36,899 nucleotides of DNA from Dirinaria sp. TL-2023a (Eukaryota), in the NCBI GenBank assembly GCA_051941275.1, contig JAVEBF010000059.1, positions 1-36,899 on the forward strand, in the 5' to 3' direction. Shown here one piece after another: positions 1 to 12,785 of this stretch; within the stretch, counting starts at the first letter, position 1; the number at the start of each line of letters is the position of its first letter. The position numbers were made by a program, and so were the translations under genes. The notes under the pieces are model-generated. The model saw only the letters and a program-made list of their open reading frames with translations, had not been told where the DNA came from and ran no database searches.

Positions 1-342
1 GACAGATTTGGTCCTGTTCTTGTAGGTTGAAACCCCCCCAAAAACCACCCAAAAAAAATGTATCGCAACAGATTTTTTAAAGGTATGCGAGAGTGTACAA
101 CAGACTCGGATAGTGATTCACGTCATGGTGTGAGGAGGGAAAAATTAAGGCCTTTTCAAGAAAATTGATGCTTATTACTACCATTTTACTGATTTGATTG
201 ATACTAGTATACTAACAAAACCGCCCCTCGCTCGGTGGGTTCAGGTCATTTGATTGTTGAATGCTGAGAACCCTGTTCAATTGCCGTTTCTCACGTTCCA
301 TGTCATGCTGTATGTAACATCCGTAGTTCTAACGATGAATAC

Positions 343-1795
343 TCAAAAGTTCCTCCCCGGCTGCACTTTATTGTACCCCGGGCCTGCGTGCTCAATGGCG
401 GGACCCGTCGCACCCCCATTGGCATAGCTACCACCACCACCACGACCACCATCCATCGTCCCCGTCCCATTCGTGTAGGCGCTGGTCATGGTGCTGTTGG
501 GGCTTCCATAGTCCGTTCTCGAAGCGGGAACGGGCTGCGGCACGGCCCTGCGATCCTGCGCCTCGTAGGCGCCCGCGTACTCGTTCCGGCTGTAGTCTGC
601 TGCTCCTTCGCCGCGGTTCGCGGCGCCACCTTCACCGTCAACCATGCCCATCTCGACATTGGTCGAATGCTGCGCGTCGTGCCAGGCGGGGAGGAGGTCG
701 ATGAAGAAGGTCAGGACGTAGAAGGTGAAGATCAGGGCTATGACCCATTCGAAGACTGCGGCGATGTTTGACTGATTTTTGAAGTTCGTTGCTATGAACA
801 CGACGGCTAGAACGACTGGTTGTTATGGGGTGGTTAGACGACTCTGTCTTAGGGCTACTGGTGCTAGAAGGAGGTGAAATGGGGTAAGCGCGGGGGAATG
901 AAAGTGAGACTAACCTTCCACGATGATGAAGACCAGCTTCAACCAAAAAGAGCCGCGCAGCACACGGTGCTGACGGAAATGCATGCCCAAGCGCTGGTAT
1001 TCAGCGCATATGAAGATGGCGCTGATGACGTATCCGGCCCTGTTTTTCATGTATGTCAATGGCGGCTACTACCTGGGAATGCTCCAAATAAAAGACTTCT
1101 ACGTACAGGAACAGCAGGAGGAAGCCATCATGGAGACGAGGATGGCGTAAAGTGTCGAAAATGGAGAGCAGAATCAGCCCACAAGTGCCAGCTACGGCAA
1201 AGATTACTGCTTCAATTAGTTCCTGCTAAGGGGAAGGCGCAATTCTTCGGAGCGACGGACTCGACAGTGCTGATAACGCTTTTTCCGCCACACCCATGTT
1301 CTTTGCTAATCTCCCCGTGTGCCGCAGCCATCTCTCGGCCGCAAAGGACAGGTCCAAGAACACGGTCGTCACACAGCATCCGGCAATGAAGAGAGGTTTG
1401 AGACCCTGCGCACCAACATCTACAGGCTGTAAGCGTGGGGCCGATCGGATCGTGCAGCAGGAGCTCGACCTGAGATGTAGCTGAGGCAAGTCAGCAATAG
1501 CAATCGACATTTGAGCATTGGGCTCTGATAGCCTACGCTATTCGCTGACCGGCGTCCATTGAGGCGTAGTGAGGACTGCGACGTCATTCAGCGAGAGGTT
1601 CACCGATCATATGCGCCTCATGCGCCCTACTGTCCCTCAACCTCCCACACAATGAACATGGCCAACAACATGCCTGCGACATGGATTAGCAAGCGACCCA
1701 CAAAGCCTCAATTGGAAATGCGATGGTATCTTACCAAGCCATGTGCCCGCGCTGACGAGGGGCAGCAGCCAGAAGAAGGCATATTTCACAGCCAT
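343..1795 (-). CDS. sfk1: Frag1/DRAM/Sfk1-family multi-pass membrane protein, 8 exons, ~336 aa
   Basis: Exons 1795-1735, 1673-1631, 1575-1537, 1480-1470, 1419-1261, 1206-1107, 1039-915, 815-343 total 1011 nt, in frame, all GT-AG. Translation: MAVKYAFFWLLPLVSAGTWLGMLLAMF..PHYASM..IAYISDVGAQGLKPLFIAG..ERWLRH..LLSIFDTLRHPRLH..AAVFEWVIA, typical of fungal Sfk1. Confidence 0.88.
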
Positions 1796-2011
1796 GGCCG
1801 GCCTGTCCTGCAGTCCCGGTCGGGTGCCTCTTTCCAATCACAGGGATTTGGACTTCCTGAATTAGAGGAACCGCTGTCGTAGGAAACGTTGCTGAGAGAG
1901 CCAAGAGAAAATTGGAATGAGAGACGGGGTGGAGGGGAAGGAGTTGGATGTAGTAGTAGGGGAGGATGCGACGCGAACATGACCTGAAGAGGCAACGGAG
2001 ACATTTAGGTC

Positions 2012-2040
2012 AGATTACTTAAGATTACTTAAGATTACTT
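2012..2040. repeat. Tandem repeat, unit AGATTACTTA x~3
   Basis: agattactta agattactta agattactt read directly; about 220 nt upstream of the sfk1 ATG. Confidence 0.9.
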
Positions 2041-2164
2041 GATGATTTGAAGCCGGAGCGAAAGAAGCCGGAGACATAAAACGTCATCAGTACATTGCAT
2101 TTAATTACATGATGATGGAATTGTCGGATTTAATTGCCGCATCAACTCCGGGCCATTGGACGGC

Positions 2165-2199
2165 AGCCACAGGAGCCACAGGAGCCACAGGAGCCACAG
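2165..2199. repeat. Tandem repeat, unit AGCCACAGG x~4
   Basis: agccacagg agccacagg agccacagg agccacag read directly. Confidence 0.9.
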
Positions 2200-2470
2200 T
2201 AGATACGAGTACAGTATCTTGGCACCGCCACAGCGCCGTACTGTAGATGATCCCCCTGAGCCCTTTCATCCCAACTATCTCCAGGGGAATGAAGTAAGTG
2301 GAGGTAAGATTGCTTTTATCTGCAGCAACTTTTCTCAAAGGCAAAGGTAGCCTATCGGATTCCTGGGTAAAACAAGATCTTGAATGCAACACTCTACAGT
2401 CCTGGTCTAATTATTTGCTCCACACCGTTGGACGTCCATCAGTATTATCGTTAGAATGTCGCTTCCAGAG

Positions 2471-5400
2471 CTATACTGTATTTTCCGGACGGCCTCGTCT
2501 TTGCTCTGCTGCAGAAGCCCTCAGATGGCGAGAAACTTCCGCATCCGCCTCCGCTGGCAGCTGCGGCGCTTGTTGCGGCCGCTGCTGAAACAGACACCGC
2601 CACAGATCCTCGTTGCCCACCATTTCACCTCCACCCGGACCTTTCGTCAACATTTGCGATAACGGCGCTTGTTCGAGCTCGAGTGTGTTGGCGGCTTCAA
2701 TCTGATCTTCGTCTATTCCGGCTTCTAGGGCTGTTTCCGATCGGTTTGCCCCTGCGTGACCGATGTGGGACATCCTGCGCTCAACCGAGATCTCGTATAT
2801 CGCCTTCTCCACCGTGTCCTCTACAAGGTACATCCACACCGTCGTGGGCTGCTGCTGGCCAATCCGATGAACACGCGCAATGGCCTGCAGCTCAATCGCC
2901 GTGTTGATCAGTGGCTCACACAAGAATACGTGGCTGGCATTGACCAGGTTGAGCCCAGAAGATTGTGCTTTAGCGTGCAAGAAGAAGCACTCGATCTAAC
3001 CAAAGTCAGCGACACGACACAAGGCATGGCGGCAGGCGGCGGTCACCCACCGTCGGATCGCTCTTAAAGTTCTGCACGCCATTGAGCTTGTCAAAACTTG
3101 TGAAATATACGCCGAAATGCTCAAATGCCCGGCCGAGTACTTCCAGGAATTCTTTGAACTGCGAGAACACAACGGATCTGGCTCCTGGATCATTGTTTCG
3201 AATCCATAAGAGGTGCCGAGCTAGGGTGTCGATCTTGGTGCCAAATGATCCACGCAGTTCGATGTCTTTGATTTGATCCAGCGTAGTGCTGGTGACTCCG
3301 GAGTAGATCGCTCCTGATTTGGCATCCGTGGCCTTTGCAGCACCCTTGGCTGTGACCTGGCATTCCTCCTCCATCGTCAGCTCCTGTGGTTTATATCTGT
3401 TCCGCGTCAGCAGGATGGCCAAAACCTTGAGTGGAACGTGATCCCTACGTAATTTGATGGAAGTCATTCTTGCACAGGACTTTTTTGCATGTCGGACAAT
3501 TCCGGTGTGTTTTCCACCACATTCGGGCGCAGTCGACGCAATACGAGTGCCCACAAGACGTAAGGACACCCCTTTCGAAATGTTCTCGGCAAATGATGCA
3601 GTATCGTTGAGTCTCGACAGAGCTAGCCTCATGCCGAAGGTGGATCAGGTAACGACCTCTTGACTTGAGTGTCGCGACACGGTTGCGTATCTCGGCTTCC
3701 GTCTTCTCCATGTTCTCGATTGTTCTTGCCAATTTCTCATCATCCGTCTCTTCTTCATAAGGTGCCACCGTATCTGAGATGTGTTGCAATTGCCGGTAAT
3801 ATTCGAGACGCGAGTCAACGGTACTCTTGAGAAGCTCAAGTTCTTTCTCAAGGCTGTGGGAGACCTTGGCCTGCTCATTCGCAACGTCTTGTAACGTTTC
3901 CAATGTGTCATTGACGAGCATTAATTCCGCACCGGCGCGCACGCTACCTCTGTCTAGATAGGCTCGTAGCCTTTGTTTTAGTTCACGGAGCTCCGTGATA
4001 AACCCCCTAACAGATCCTGTGTGATAGTCCACTTTGAGCTTCTCCCTCGTAGACAAGAGCCGTTTCATGAGCGCAGGAGCGTGACCCTCACCCTCCTCTG
4101 CTTGTTTCAAAGCCGTCTTCATTTCATTATCAATGCGAGCGTTTATCTGACCCAATAGCGCATCTTGCCGATCTGCGACGATAGCTCGGAGACCGTCCAT
4201 GTAAACGTACACTTCGTCTTGCTGTTTTGTGGATGTTTCGTATTCATCCCCCCGAAGATCCGTATCCTCTTCGTCAACAAGCGGTAATAAAACGAGCTCC
4301 ATGAGCTTTTGCCGCCAATCCTCCAAATGCGTTTTTTGAACATTGAGTTGGTCGCACAAATCGTTGAGCCTAGCTAGTAGGTCTCGAGATTCAATACCGC
4401 CGTGGTTCTTGAACTGTTGAATGTAAGGTACCCTGACGACGTCCCGATCCTTGGCTTTAACACGAATTTTTTCCATCCATGCGTTGGTCTTGTTCAAAGC
4501 GTCGGCCAGTATCTCTTGCCGCAAATGCTTTGCGAGCTCGTAGGTGCCTTCTTCAGCTTTCTCAAGTTCTTTGTAAGCAGCTGATTCTGGCTCTGTAAGT
4601 TCCGAGTTTGACTTGATCTGATAGTAAGCATTAGCAACGAAGAAGGTGCACATATGCTCAAGTTCAAGAGTGAAACGCAGACGGTGGCGATAGACTCCAG
4701 TCCGCGCTGCTGGTGAATCTTCGGAGTCTGATGCGTCATCTAGATGCGCGGGTCCATCCGTAAGCCCCAATTTGATGCTTTCCGCGTTTAATTGCTGTCT
4801 ACTTTCCGCTACGAGTACTTTTGCGTCCTCTAAAGCATCCTTCCATATCCGTAGGGCTTCATGAGTATGTTTCGCGTGCTCGAGAACTTGCCCTCTCCGG
4901 ACACGTGAAAGCATCAAGGCACGTTCTTCGGCACGGCTCGCGGTTTCGTTCTGCTCTGTCATGACTGCGAGAACCTCGTCAATTGTACGCAGCGGTCCTT
5001 TGCTCGCTCCCAAAGCCTTACGGTTCCTTCTCCCCACCTGTGGATGGAGGCAGGTCTGCCGCAAACGTGCAAGCCACGTCCTCATCTTTTCAACGACCGC
5101 CGGGGAATTCGGATCCCAGTCCTCTTTCAGCGGTGATCCGTCTAAACCGAGACCGCACTCATCGCACATTACTTGATACATGTCTAAATAGTGCTGTTCC
5201 TCGATCTGTGTGAAGGGGACTTTAATGGTCATACGTGTCTGAGGAGGCAGTTGAAGCTCCTCTTTAATCTGATCTTTGGTATGCCGCAGTGCCAGATTAC
5301 GGAAGAGTCCACGGAAAACATCCCTGTAATTGCTGATCATACGTTCCCAAAGCTTGACTGAAGCGCTATAAGGTTGATACTGCAAAAAGATTAGAAGTCC

Positions 5401-7140
5401 TAGCAAATCCTTCGAGTCCTTCTTCACCGGAGTTCCCGAGACAGCCCAAGCGTGCTCTCGCGGCAGCACTTGCGCAACTTTTGCAGCATTGCTGACGCCG
5501 CTTTCAATCATCTGCGCCTCATCGAGCACCACTCGCCACCAAAGAACCTGTGTTAGTGGCGATCTTTTTTGCTCGTACTTCTTCTCGTGGCGCATATCGC
5601 GAGCCGATGACGTTGCAGTTGTGTAATGTATTTCTCTGGCAAGCACGTGATAGGTCGTTAGTATTACGTCTTGATCACAAAGATGTGCCACCAAATCTTC
5701 GTTGCTGCGGCCTTTCCTACTCTTGCTCACTCCGTCGTATATCGCAACCTTCAGATGAGGGGCAAGTGTCTGAAGCTCGCTCTCCCACTGCCGTAGTATA
5801 GCAGGAGGAGTGATTATGACTGTGGTTCTAGAACGCTTTAGACCGTCATCAGATAGATCGGTGCTGGCTGGATTGATCGGTTCTTCCCACTTGTGTAGAC
5901 ACATCAACGCAATCAACTCCACTGTCTTTCCCAGGCCCATTTCCTCACTCAATATACCACCTTTCACGTTCGAGTCGTAATCCTCAAGCTGTTGACCATC
6001 TCTTACGGCAATATTTAAACACCGACTGACGAGAGCTTGCTTTCCATCAGCGTCAGTAGTACGCTTGAAGCCGTGAGGTAAGCTTTTCCTAGATGGACGT
6101 TTGACGTTCCGTTCTGCGACTCTCACGCCTTCTCGACGAAGTAGCCAAGTTACAGCACGCTTCTGGAATGGATATAATTTGCAATGGAGATCCGTCTTCA
6201 ACGGCTCCAATATTGTGTCTTCTGCCCAATCGTCGTGCTTGATTGGTACATGTACATTCTCATAGAAGTCCTTTGGAGACCAGGCTCCGTAAACCTCGGG
6301 CACTTCCCCAAACGCATACGTATCGAACACATTCTGCTTCTTGATTGGTAGCCCGTCGCCGAGATCCTTCGAATATTTGATCAAAAGTCTGCAGCAGAGC
6401 TTGTACTGCTCATCAGAGGCTCCCATAGCCGGATTAGCCACTTTCGAAAGCAAGCATATACTATGGTTTTTCATCTCCTTTTCGTTCCCGGAAGTTTTGA
6501 TAATCTGGCGCAAGGTTTCGACAGTCTCCTGCCCAGCCGACGATCGACCTTCAAACTCAAGGACCGTTCCATGCTCGATGTCCTTCAGGCTACATGAAAA
6601 GTTTCCATCCTGACATTGAAAATGCTTCAGAAGAATTGGCAAATCTGGCCCATTCGTCTCGACGGAACCGGCAGGGATAGGGTGCTGGCTCCTGGAAGCA
6701 GCGAAGACCTTGAAAGCACCGCAGTCAGTTTCCTGAACACATAGATTTCCCCATTTCACTGGTAGCTCTGCGGTAGCTTACCAGATCCAGGTCCACACGT
6801 GCCAGCGTAAAAAAATCCTCAAGGTGACCGAGAACATATCGAGCTCGGTCGAGTTCTTTTAGTCTTTGTTTGGCCCATTTGAGATTGGTGGGTTTGGACT
6901 CATGACCCGACACATCAGTATCAGGTGGTGTGAGACTCTGTGTATGCGCCAATTTCTGCCGCTTCTTAGGAGGTCCTTGCTCATTTGCAAAGTGCTTCAT
7001 CCCATGAGACTGTTCAAAGAACATCGACAAGCCATCCTGGGTTGGCTCTTTTTAATAGTCAGCGAAGCTTGTCCATGAGGGAAATGCATAGGAAAGCTTG
7101 GACGATTACCGGAGCACGTAAGGAGTTCTGCACTATGCAT
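2471..7140 (-). CDS. irc20: SNF2-family ATPase / RING E3 ubiquitin ligase (Irc20/SHPRH-like), 5 exons, ~1475 aa
   Basis: Exons 7140-7110 (tentative first exon), 7047-6782, 6708-3449, 3396-3051, 2995-2471. Motifs: GGILSEEMGLGKT (Walker A), VLDEAQ, VSGTP, LRQTCLHP, RING CIIC..CGHSYCVDC..CPTC, SVVFSQF, SSGLNLVNASHVFLCEP, QAIARVHRIGQ. The long helical insert between the ATPase lobes is SHPRH-like. Confidence 0.9.
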
Positions 7141-7566
7141 AATTACACTCGATGTCTTGAAGCACTGCGTGAAGATGATGAAGCTCCAAATCCTCGCAGG
7201 CCTTCGGTACTCGTACTCTTATCGATAAGAAACCCCCTGTACATACTAACATACATTACATAATCCAGCCAGGCAACTGTTAGCCGGAACGAGGGGAAGG
7301 ATGCGCTCCTTCATCCTTCGGTTTCCCGGCAATGACGCAGGGGACACGCTAGTCGATGCTGTTAGAGTGTTTTGACCGTGGCTGCCTGTCTGTGCCTCTT
7401 TGCAGCCTAAAAAAGTATTAAAGTCTGCCCATACCGCAGAGCTGTTTCCTGAATAATATATGCCGAAGAAACTGGCAGTAGTCAGTGAGTCTGCAACAAG
7501 TGTTTCCTCGGTTCCTCATGAATATCATGTACCTAGGGTTCATAACTATGATGACCTTAGGGTTGG

Positions 7567-7577
7567 AGTGGCCTGAT
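7567..7577 (-). promoter_or_regulatory. Putative sterol regulatory element (SrbA/SREBP site)
   Basis: Minus strand reads ATCAGGCCACT, fitting the SRE-type consensus RTCA(T/C/G)(C/G)CCACY; about 185 nt upstream of the cyp51 ATG. Confidence 0.6.
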
Positions 7578-7579
7578 GT

Positions 7580-7597
7580 CGGCAAAAAGGTGGGCCG
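7580..7597. promoter_or_regulatory. Putative AtrR-type Zn2Cys6 response element CGG-N12-CCG
   Basis: CGG caaaaaggtggg CCG has a spacer of exactly 12 nt and lies 2 nt from the SRE-like motif. Confidence 0.55.
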
Positions 7598-7759
7598 GCC
7601 CGTGCAGAAAAGGAATTGGGGCGAGAACGAACCAATTTTCTCTTGCCTTTCGAGATTTCACTGCATGACTTTCATTTCGCGTCCAGTCGTGGTCGACGTC
7701 GTGTCTCTCCTTTCGTTATTGCTGGCTGCAGTCACTCAATTGCCACCAATCTTTTCGGC

Positions 7760-9468
<1,709 letters not shown>

Positions 9469-9895
9469 ATGCGGACAACCGAAGAGGCCAATAATCATGA
9501 TAGACGATGGTACAAGTAATACCCAGTAGGCGGCAGTTTCTCAGAGGATTGATATTCCACTAGTAATGTATCTTACAAGCACACCGCCGCATATGGCATG
9601 ACAGTGATATTGATACCTCGGCGAGCGCAGCCATTGCCCGCCTATCTCAAAGCAGTGAATCCAATTGTTAAAATAGATACCGATGCTACCCAAGCTCGCA
9701 ATAGGGGCAATCGGGGTATCACAAGAATGCAAAGCTCCTCCCTCAGCACCCACCAAGCCCAACTCTTACCCTAAACGCCACTGGAAGACCCCCCCTGGAC
9801 ACCGCACCTCGTGGCCCTTCAAACTATAGTCGTGCACAACTCGTCCGACGCCAACAAACACCCTGGCCCCCGTGATTTACCGGTAGGTCCTTGGA

Positions 9896-11711
9896 TTACT
9901 CCGACTGCTGCTGCATATGATTGGGCAGGTTCCAATCGCTGTAATCGAGGTGCACAAACGCCCGATCGACGCTCGGCACCGACTCCAGCACATACTGCAA
10001 ACTTTCCCCGAGGTCATGGCTATCCCTGAGGCTCATTGCTTCGTCCAACACAATATCGACCTCCACGTTCAGCTTGTCGCCGGCGTGATAGGCTTGCAGG
10101 CCTTGGATCTTGCGGATTGTCCGAGCGAAGCGCATCGTCAGGTACAGCAGAATGTTCCGATCTGCGGCCGGTGCTGCGGCGCCGGTCAGATGGCGGATGT
10201 GGGCGGTCGACGTCCGCGACCAGTTGATGATGACGTAGAAGGAGAGGAGCAGACCGCCCAGCGCGTCGAGCCACCAGATGCTAAAAAACGAGCCGACAAT
10301 GGGGAAGATGATGCTGAAGATGTTGAAGACGACGTCCGTCATGGCATCCTGTGCCAAGGCTTGGACGCTGGAGTTTTTGATCAGCCGGCACCAGAACCAG
10401 CAGCCGAACTTGATCAACACGGTGCTAGCCATGATGATGATGGGAGGGAGGCCGAGCTTGACGATGGAATGGTCTCCGCTCGTGAGACGGTTGAGACACT
10501 CCAAGGCGACTTGGAAGAACGAGGTGATCATGATGACCGAGAAGACGAGGACGCCAATCGGCTCTAAGCGCCGCCGACCGACGGGGTATTTGTACTGGTC
10601 TTGACGGGAGATGACTTTTGTCGTTGTCCAGACTATGGCTGTGGAGAGAAAATCAAGCGCTGCGTCGACGAGTGAGGCAAGGACTGAGAGGGATGATGTT
10701 AGGACGATGACGACTATTTTACCTATCAATAGTATGAGGTTGGCCGTGAGATTGAGATATATGGCAAAGGTGACAATTGGGCTGCCACTTTCCTCATCTG
10801 GTTGCTCTGCAAGTTCAAGAGCTGTGGGTCCATCTCCTTCGCCCAGGAGCGGAGTGTCCTCATTGGGCACTTTATAAAGGTCTTTTGGCGTCCTTTTAAC
10901 CTTGACCTTCGTGCTGTAGCCATTTCCTTGTGGTCTGTCGATGAGGCTTTTCGAGTGGCCCAAGTCGTCGGCGGACGGCAATGGAGGATCCTCCTCTTCG
11001 GTAGGTGTTGGAACATATGCGTCTGGGTTGCCAGGTTGATTGTATTCCTGGATCAAGCTGTGCGGGAGAGATGAATCCAGTAGACGGTCGATGTAGAGAT
11101 AGGAGCAGATGAGATGGTTGTTGCGTTCGTAGTACTCACGTCTATCATTTATGTTCAACTCAAAGTCTTTGTAGGACGTGCCCATCAGTATACATACACT
11201 GGCTTCTTCATTTTCTTCAACTCCTCCTCACCTTTGTAGTATTTTTCCCTAACAGCAGCTTCAGGAACCCAAATTTGTACCAATCTCCTGAGAGCTTCAG
11301 ACGGCAGACCTACCATTGATACCGCGGATTACTATTTCCGATCAAACGCATGCTTCGCATTTGGGGCGTCATTAGGATGTCTGAAACCGTGTTCTTCCTT
11401 CCTCTCTGTTGGTCCGAGTTCCCAGCAGCATAGGAGGAAACGGCTTCCTGGCCGGGCCCCCTTCCTATGCCATTTTCATCAGTATTGCGGGCCTCATCCT
11501 CGTCCCCCTCAGGCACTGGCTTGTATGTGGATGGCTGCCTTTGTTCTAGCCGGGCTCGCACATTATGTAAATTGGCTGCAGAGTTAGTCTGAATTAGAGA
11601 AGGAAGCTTTTGGCCTCGAGTGGAAACAAGGTCCTCCGAGAGTGGAAGGAACCCTCTAAGGCTTCCAATCCGAACATTTGGCGCTGGTCGTTGGAAACGA
11701 CCACTAGCCAT
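9896..11711 (-). CDS. Cation diffusion facilitator (Mn-CDF/MTP-like metal transporter), 3 exons, ~564 aa
   Basis: Exons 11711-11314, 11248-11198, 11141-9896. Motifs: SLSVLASLVDAALDFLS, YPVGRRRLEPIGVLVFS, ALAQDAMTD, WWLDALGG, and a C-terminal dimerisation domain AYHAG..VEVDIVL..SHDLGESLQ..DRAFVHLDY. Confidence 0.92.
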
Positions 11712-11948
11712 TGCTTCCGCAGAGCTCACAAGCCAATCGTATCGGGATGTCTCTCCTAAAGCATAAGGTAATTGAGGTGAGATTATGTAGGTACCTACAT
11801 TGCTCTTCAGTCTTTGCTATCTGGATCTTTGGAGCAGACGCTTGACGGCTTGATGCTCTCGGCGCCCTCGGCAATAATGAGTAAGATCCTGCGCTAAACG
11901 CAATCCTGCGTGGTATGTTACGAAGTAACATAAGATAATGTACCTAAG

Positions 11949-11989
11949 GTAAGGTAAGATAAGTAAGGTTGGCATTCATCTTACCTTAC
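11949..11989. repeat. 12-bp perfect inverted repeat, 17-nt spacer
   Basis: GTAAGGTAAGAT (11949-11960) and ATCTTACCTTAC (11978-11989). Confidence 0.85.
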
Positions 11990-12365
11990 TTTACATGCCT
12001 CATATTTCATTTCAGCCCCGACCTCCCAGGACAAGCTTTGAAGCAACCAATTCGACATTGAGACTTCCAAATTTGCCATCTTTCTACAAATCTCATTTTG
12101 GGCCATCGGAAAACGTTAACGCTGGATTGAGCAGTGATAGATTTAGAAGTCCACACTCGACTGTCTGTTGGGTGTCTAAATCTACGTAGCTATCGACATA
12201 TCAAGTTATTTTGTTCTTTGAGAGCTTCGCCTGAATTGGAGATTCTCCTCATTCAAGAAGAGAGTGTCAGCACCTCGTTCCTGAATCGATGAAAATGGAC
12301 TGAACTTTTCAAGGCTTCCAGCGTTTTTGCAGCCTCTTCTTGCTCTTGAGATTCCGCCCTTCTTT

Positions 12366-12785
12366 TCACATAAACATCTGCGCTATCCTCATTACACCCT
12401 GGATGCCTCCTCCACCCAAATCGCTGTAGCTACCGCTACTCCTGCTATAACTCTCCCCGTACCCTCCACTTCTTCCACCCAGACCACCCATTATTCTCGA
12501 TAATCCTGGGGGGAGTCGTATGCCGAATTGCTTCAATATGCCTGCGAGTGCACCACCTGTAACCAATGGAAGGACCATCAAGAAAACCCTCCCCGGATGT
12601 CGTCTTGCATATTCGTAAAGGTCGCGGAGCATGCGTTTGATCTTGTGGAGAAGGCGGGCGATGTAGCCGTCGCGCGGACGGCGCTTGTAGTAGGACGACG
12701 AAGATTGCCTTGATGTGTAAGAGTAGCGCGATGGCGAGCGAGTGGAATAGCGATGAGGCTCGCCAGGACCACTAAACCAAGCCAT
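12366..12785 (-). CDS. Small hypothetical protein (139 aa): Ser/Arg/Tyr-rich N-terminus, one hydrophobic segment, Gly-rich tail
   Basis: Single-exon ATG ORF with good start context (aagATGG). The core YYKRRPRDGYIARLLHKIKRMLRDLYEYARRHP..VLPLVTGGALAGILKQFGIRLP resembles a recurrent Pezizomycotina hypothetical family (from memory). Confidence 0.8.
   Translation of the reverse strand: MAWFSGPGEPHRYSTRSPSRYSYTSRQSSSSYYKRRPRDGYIARLLHKIKRMLRDLYEYARRHPGRVFLMVLPLVTGGALAGILKQFGIRLPPGLSRIMGGLGGRSGGYGESYSRSSGSYSDLGGGGIQGVMRIAQMFM

Noticed and set aside
388..1389. 127-aa and 171-aa plus-strand ORFs
   Set aside because: Antisense to the sfk1 exons and introns; non-ATG starts.
2008..2091. Possible box C/D snoRNA on the minus strand (TGATGA..CTGA)
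   Set aside because: Imperfect C box, no terminal stem, and the would-be guide region is the tandem 10-mer repeat.
3006..7030. Apparent frameshifts splitting the SNF2 gene, suggesting a pseudogene
   Set aside because: All breaks are explained by canonical GT-AG introns that restore the frame.
7141..7759. TR34/TR46-like tandem duplication or transposon insertion in the cyp51 promoter
   Set aside because: No tandem repeat or terminal repeats seen; the SRE/CGG-N12-CCG unit is single copy.
9917..10604. 216-aa and 108-aa plus-strand ORFs
   Set aside because: Antisense shadows of the GC-rich CDF coding exon; no motifs of their own.
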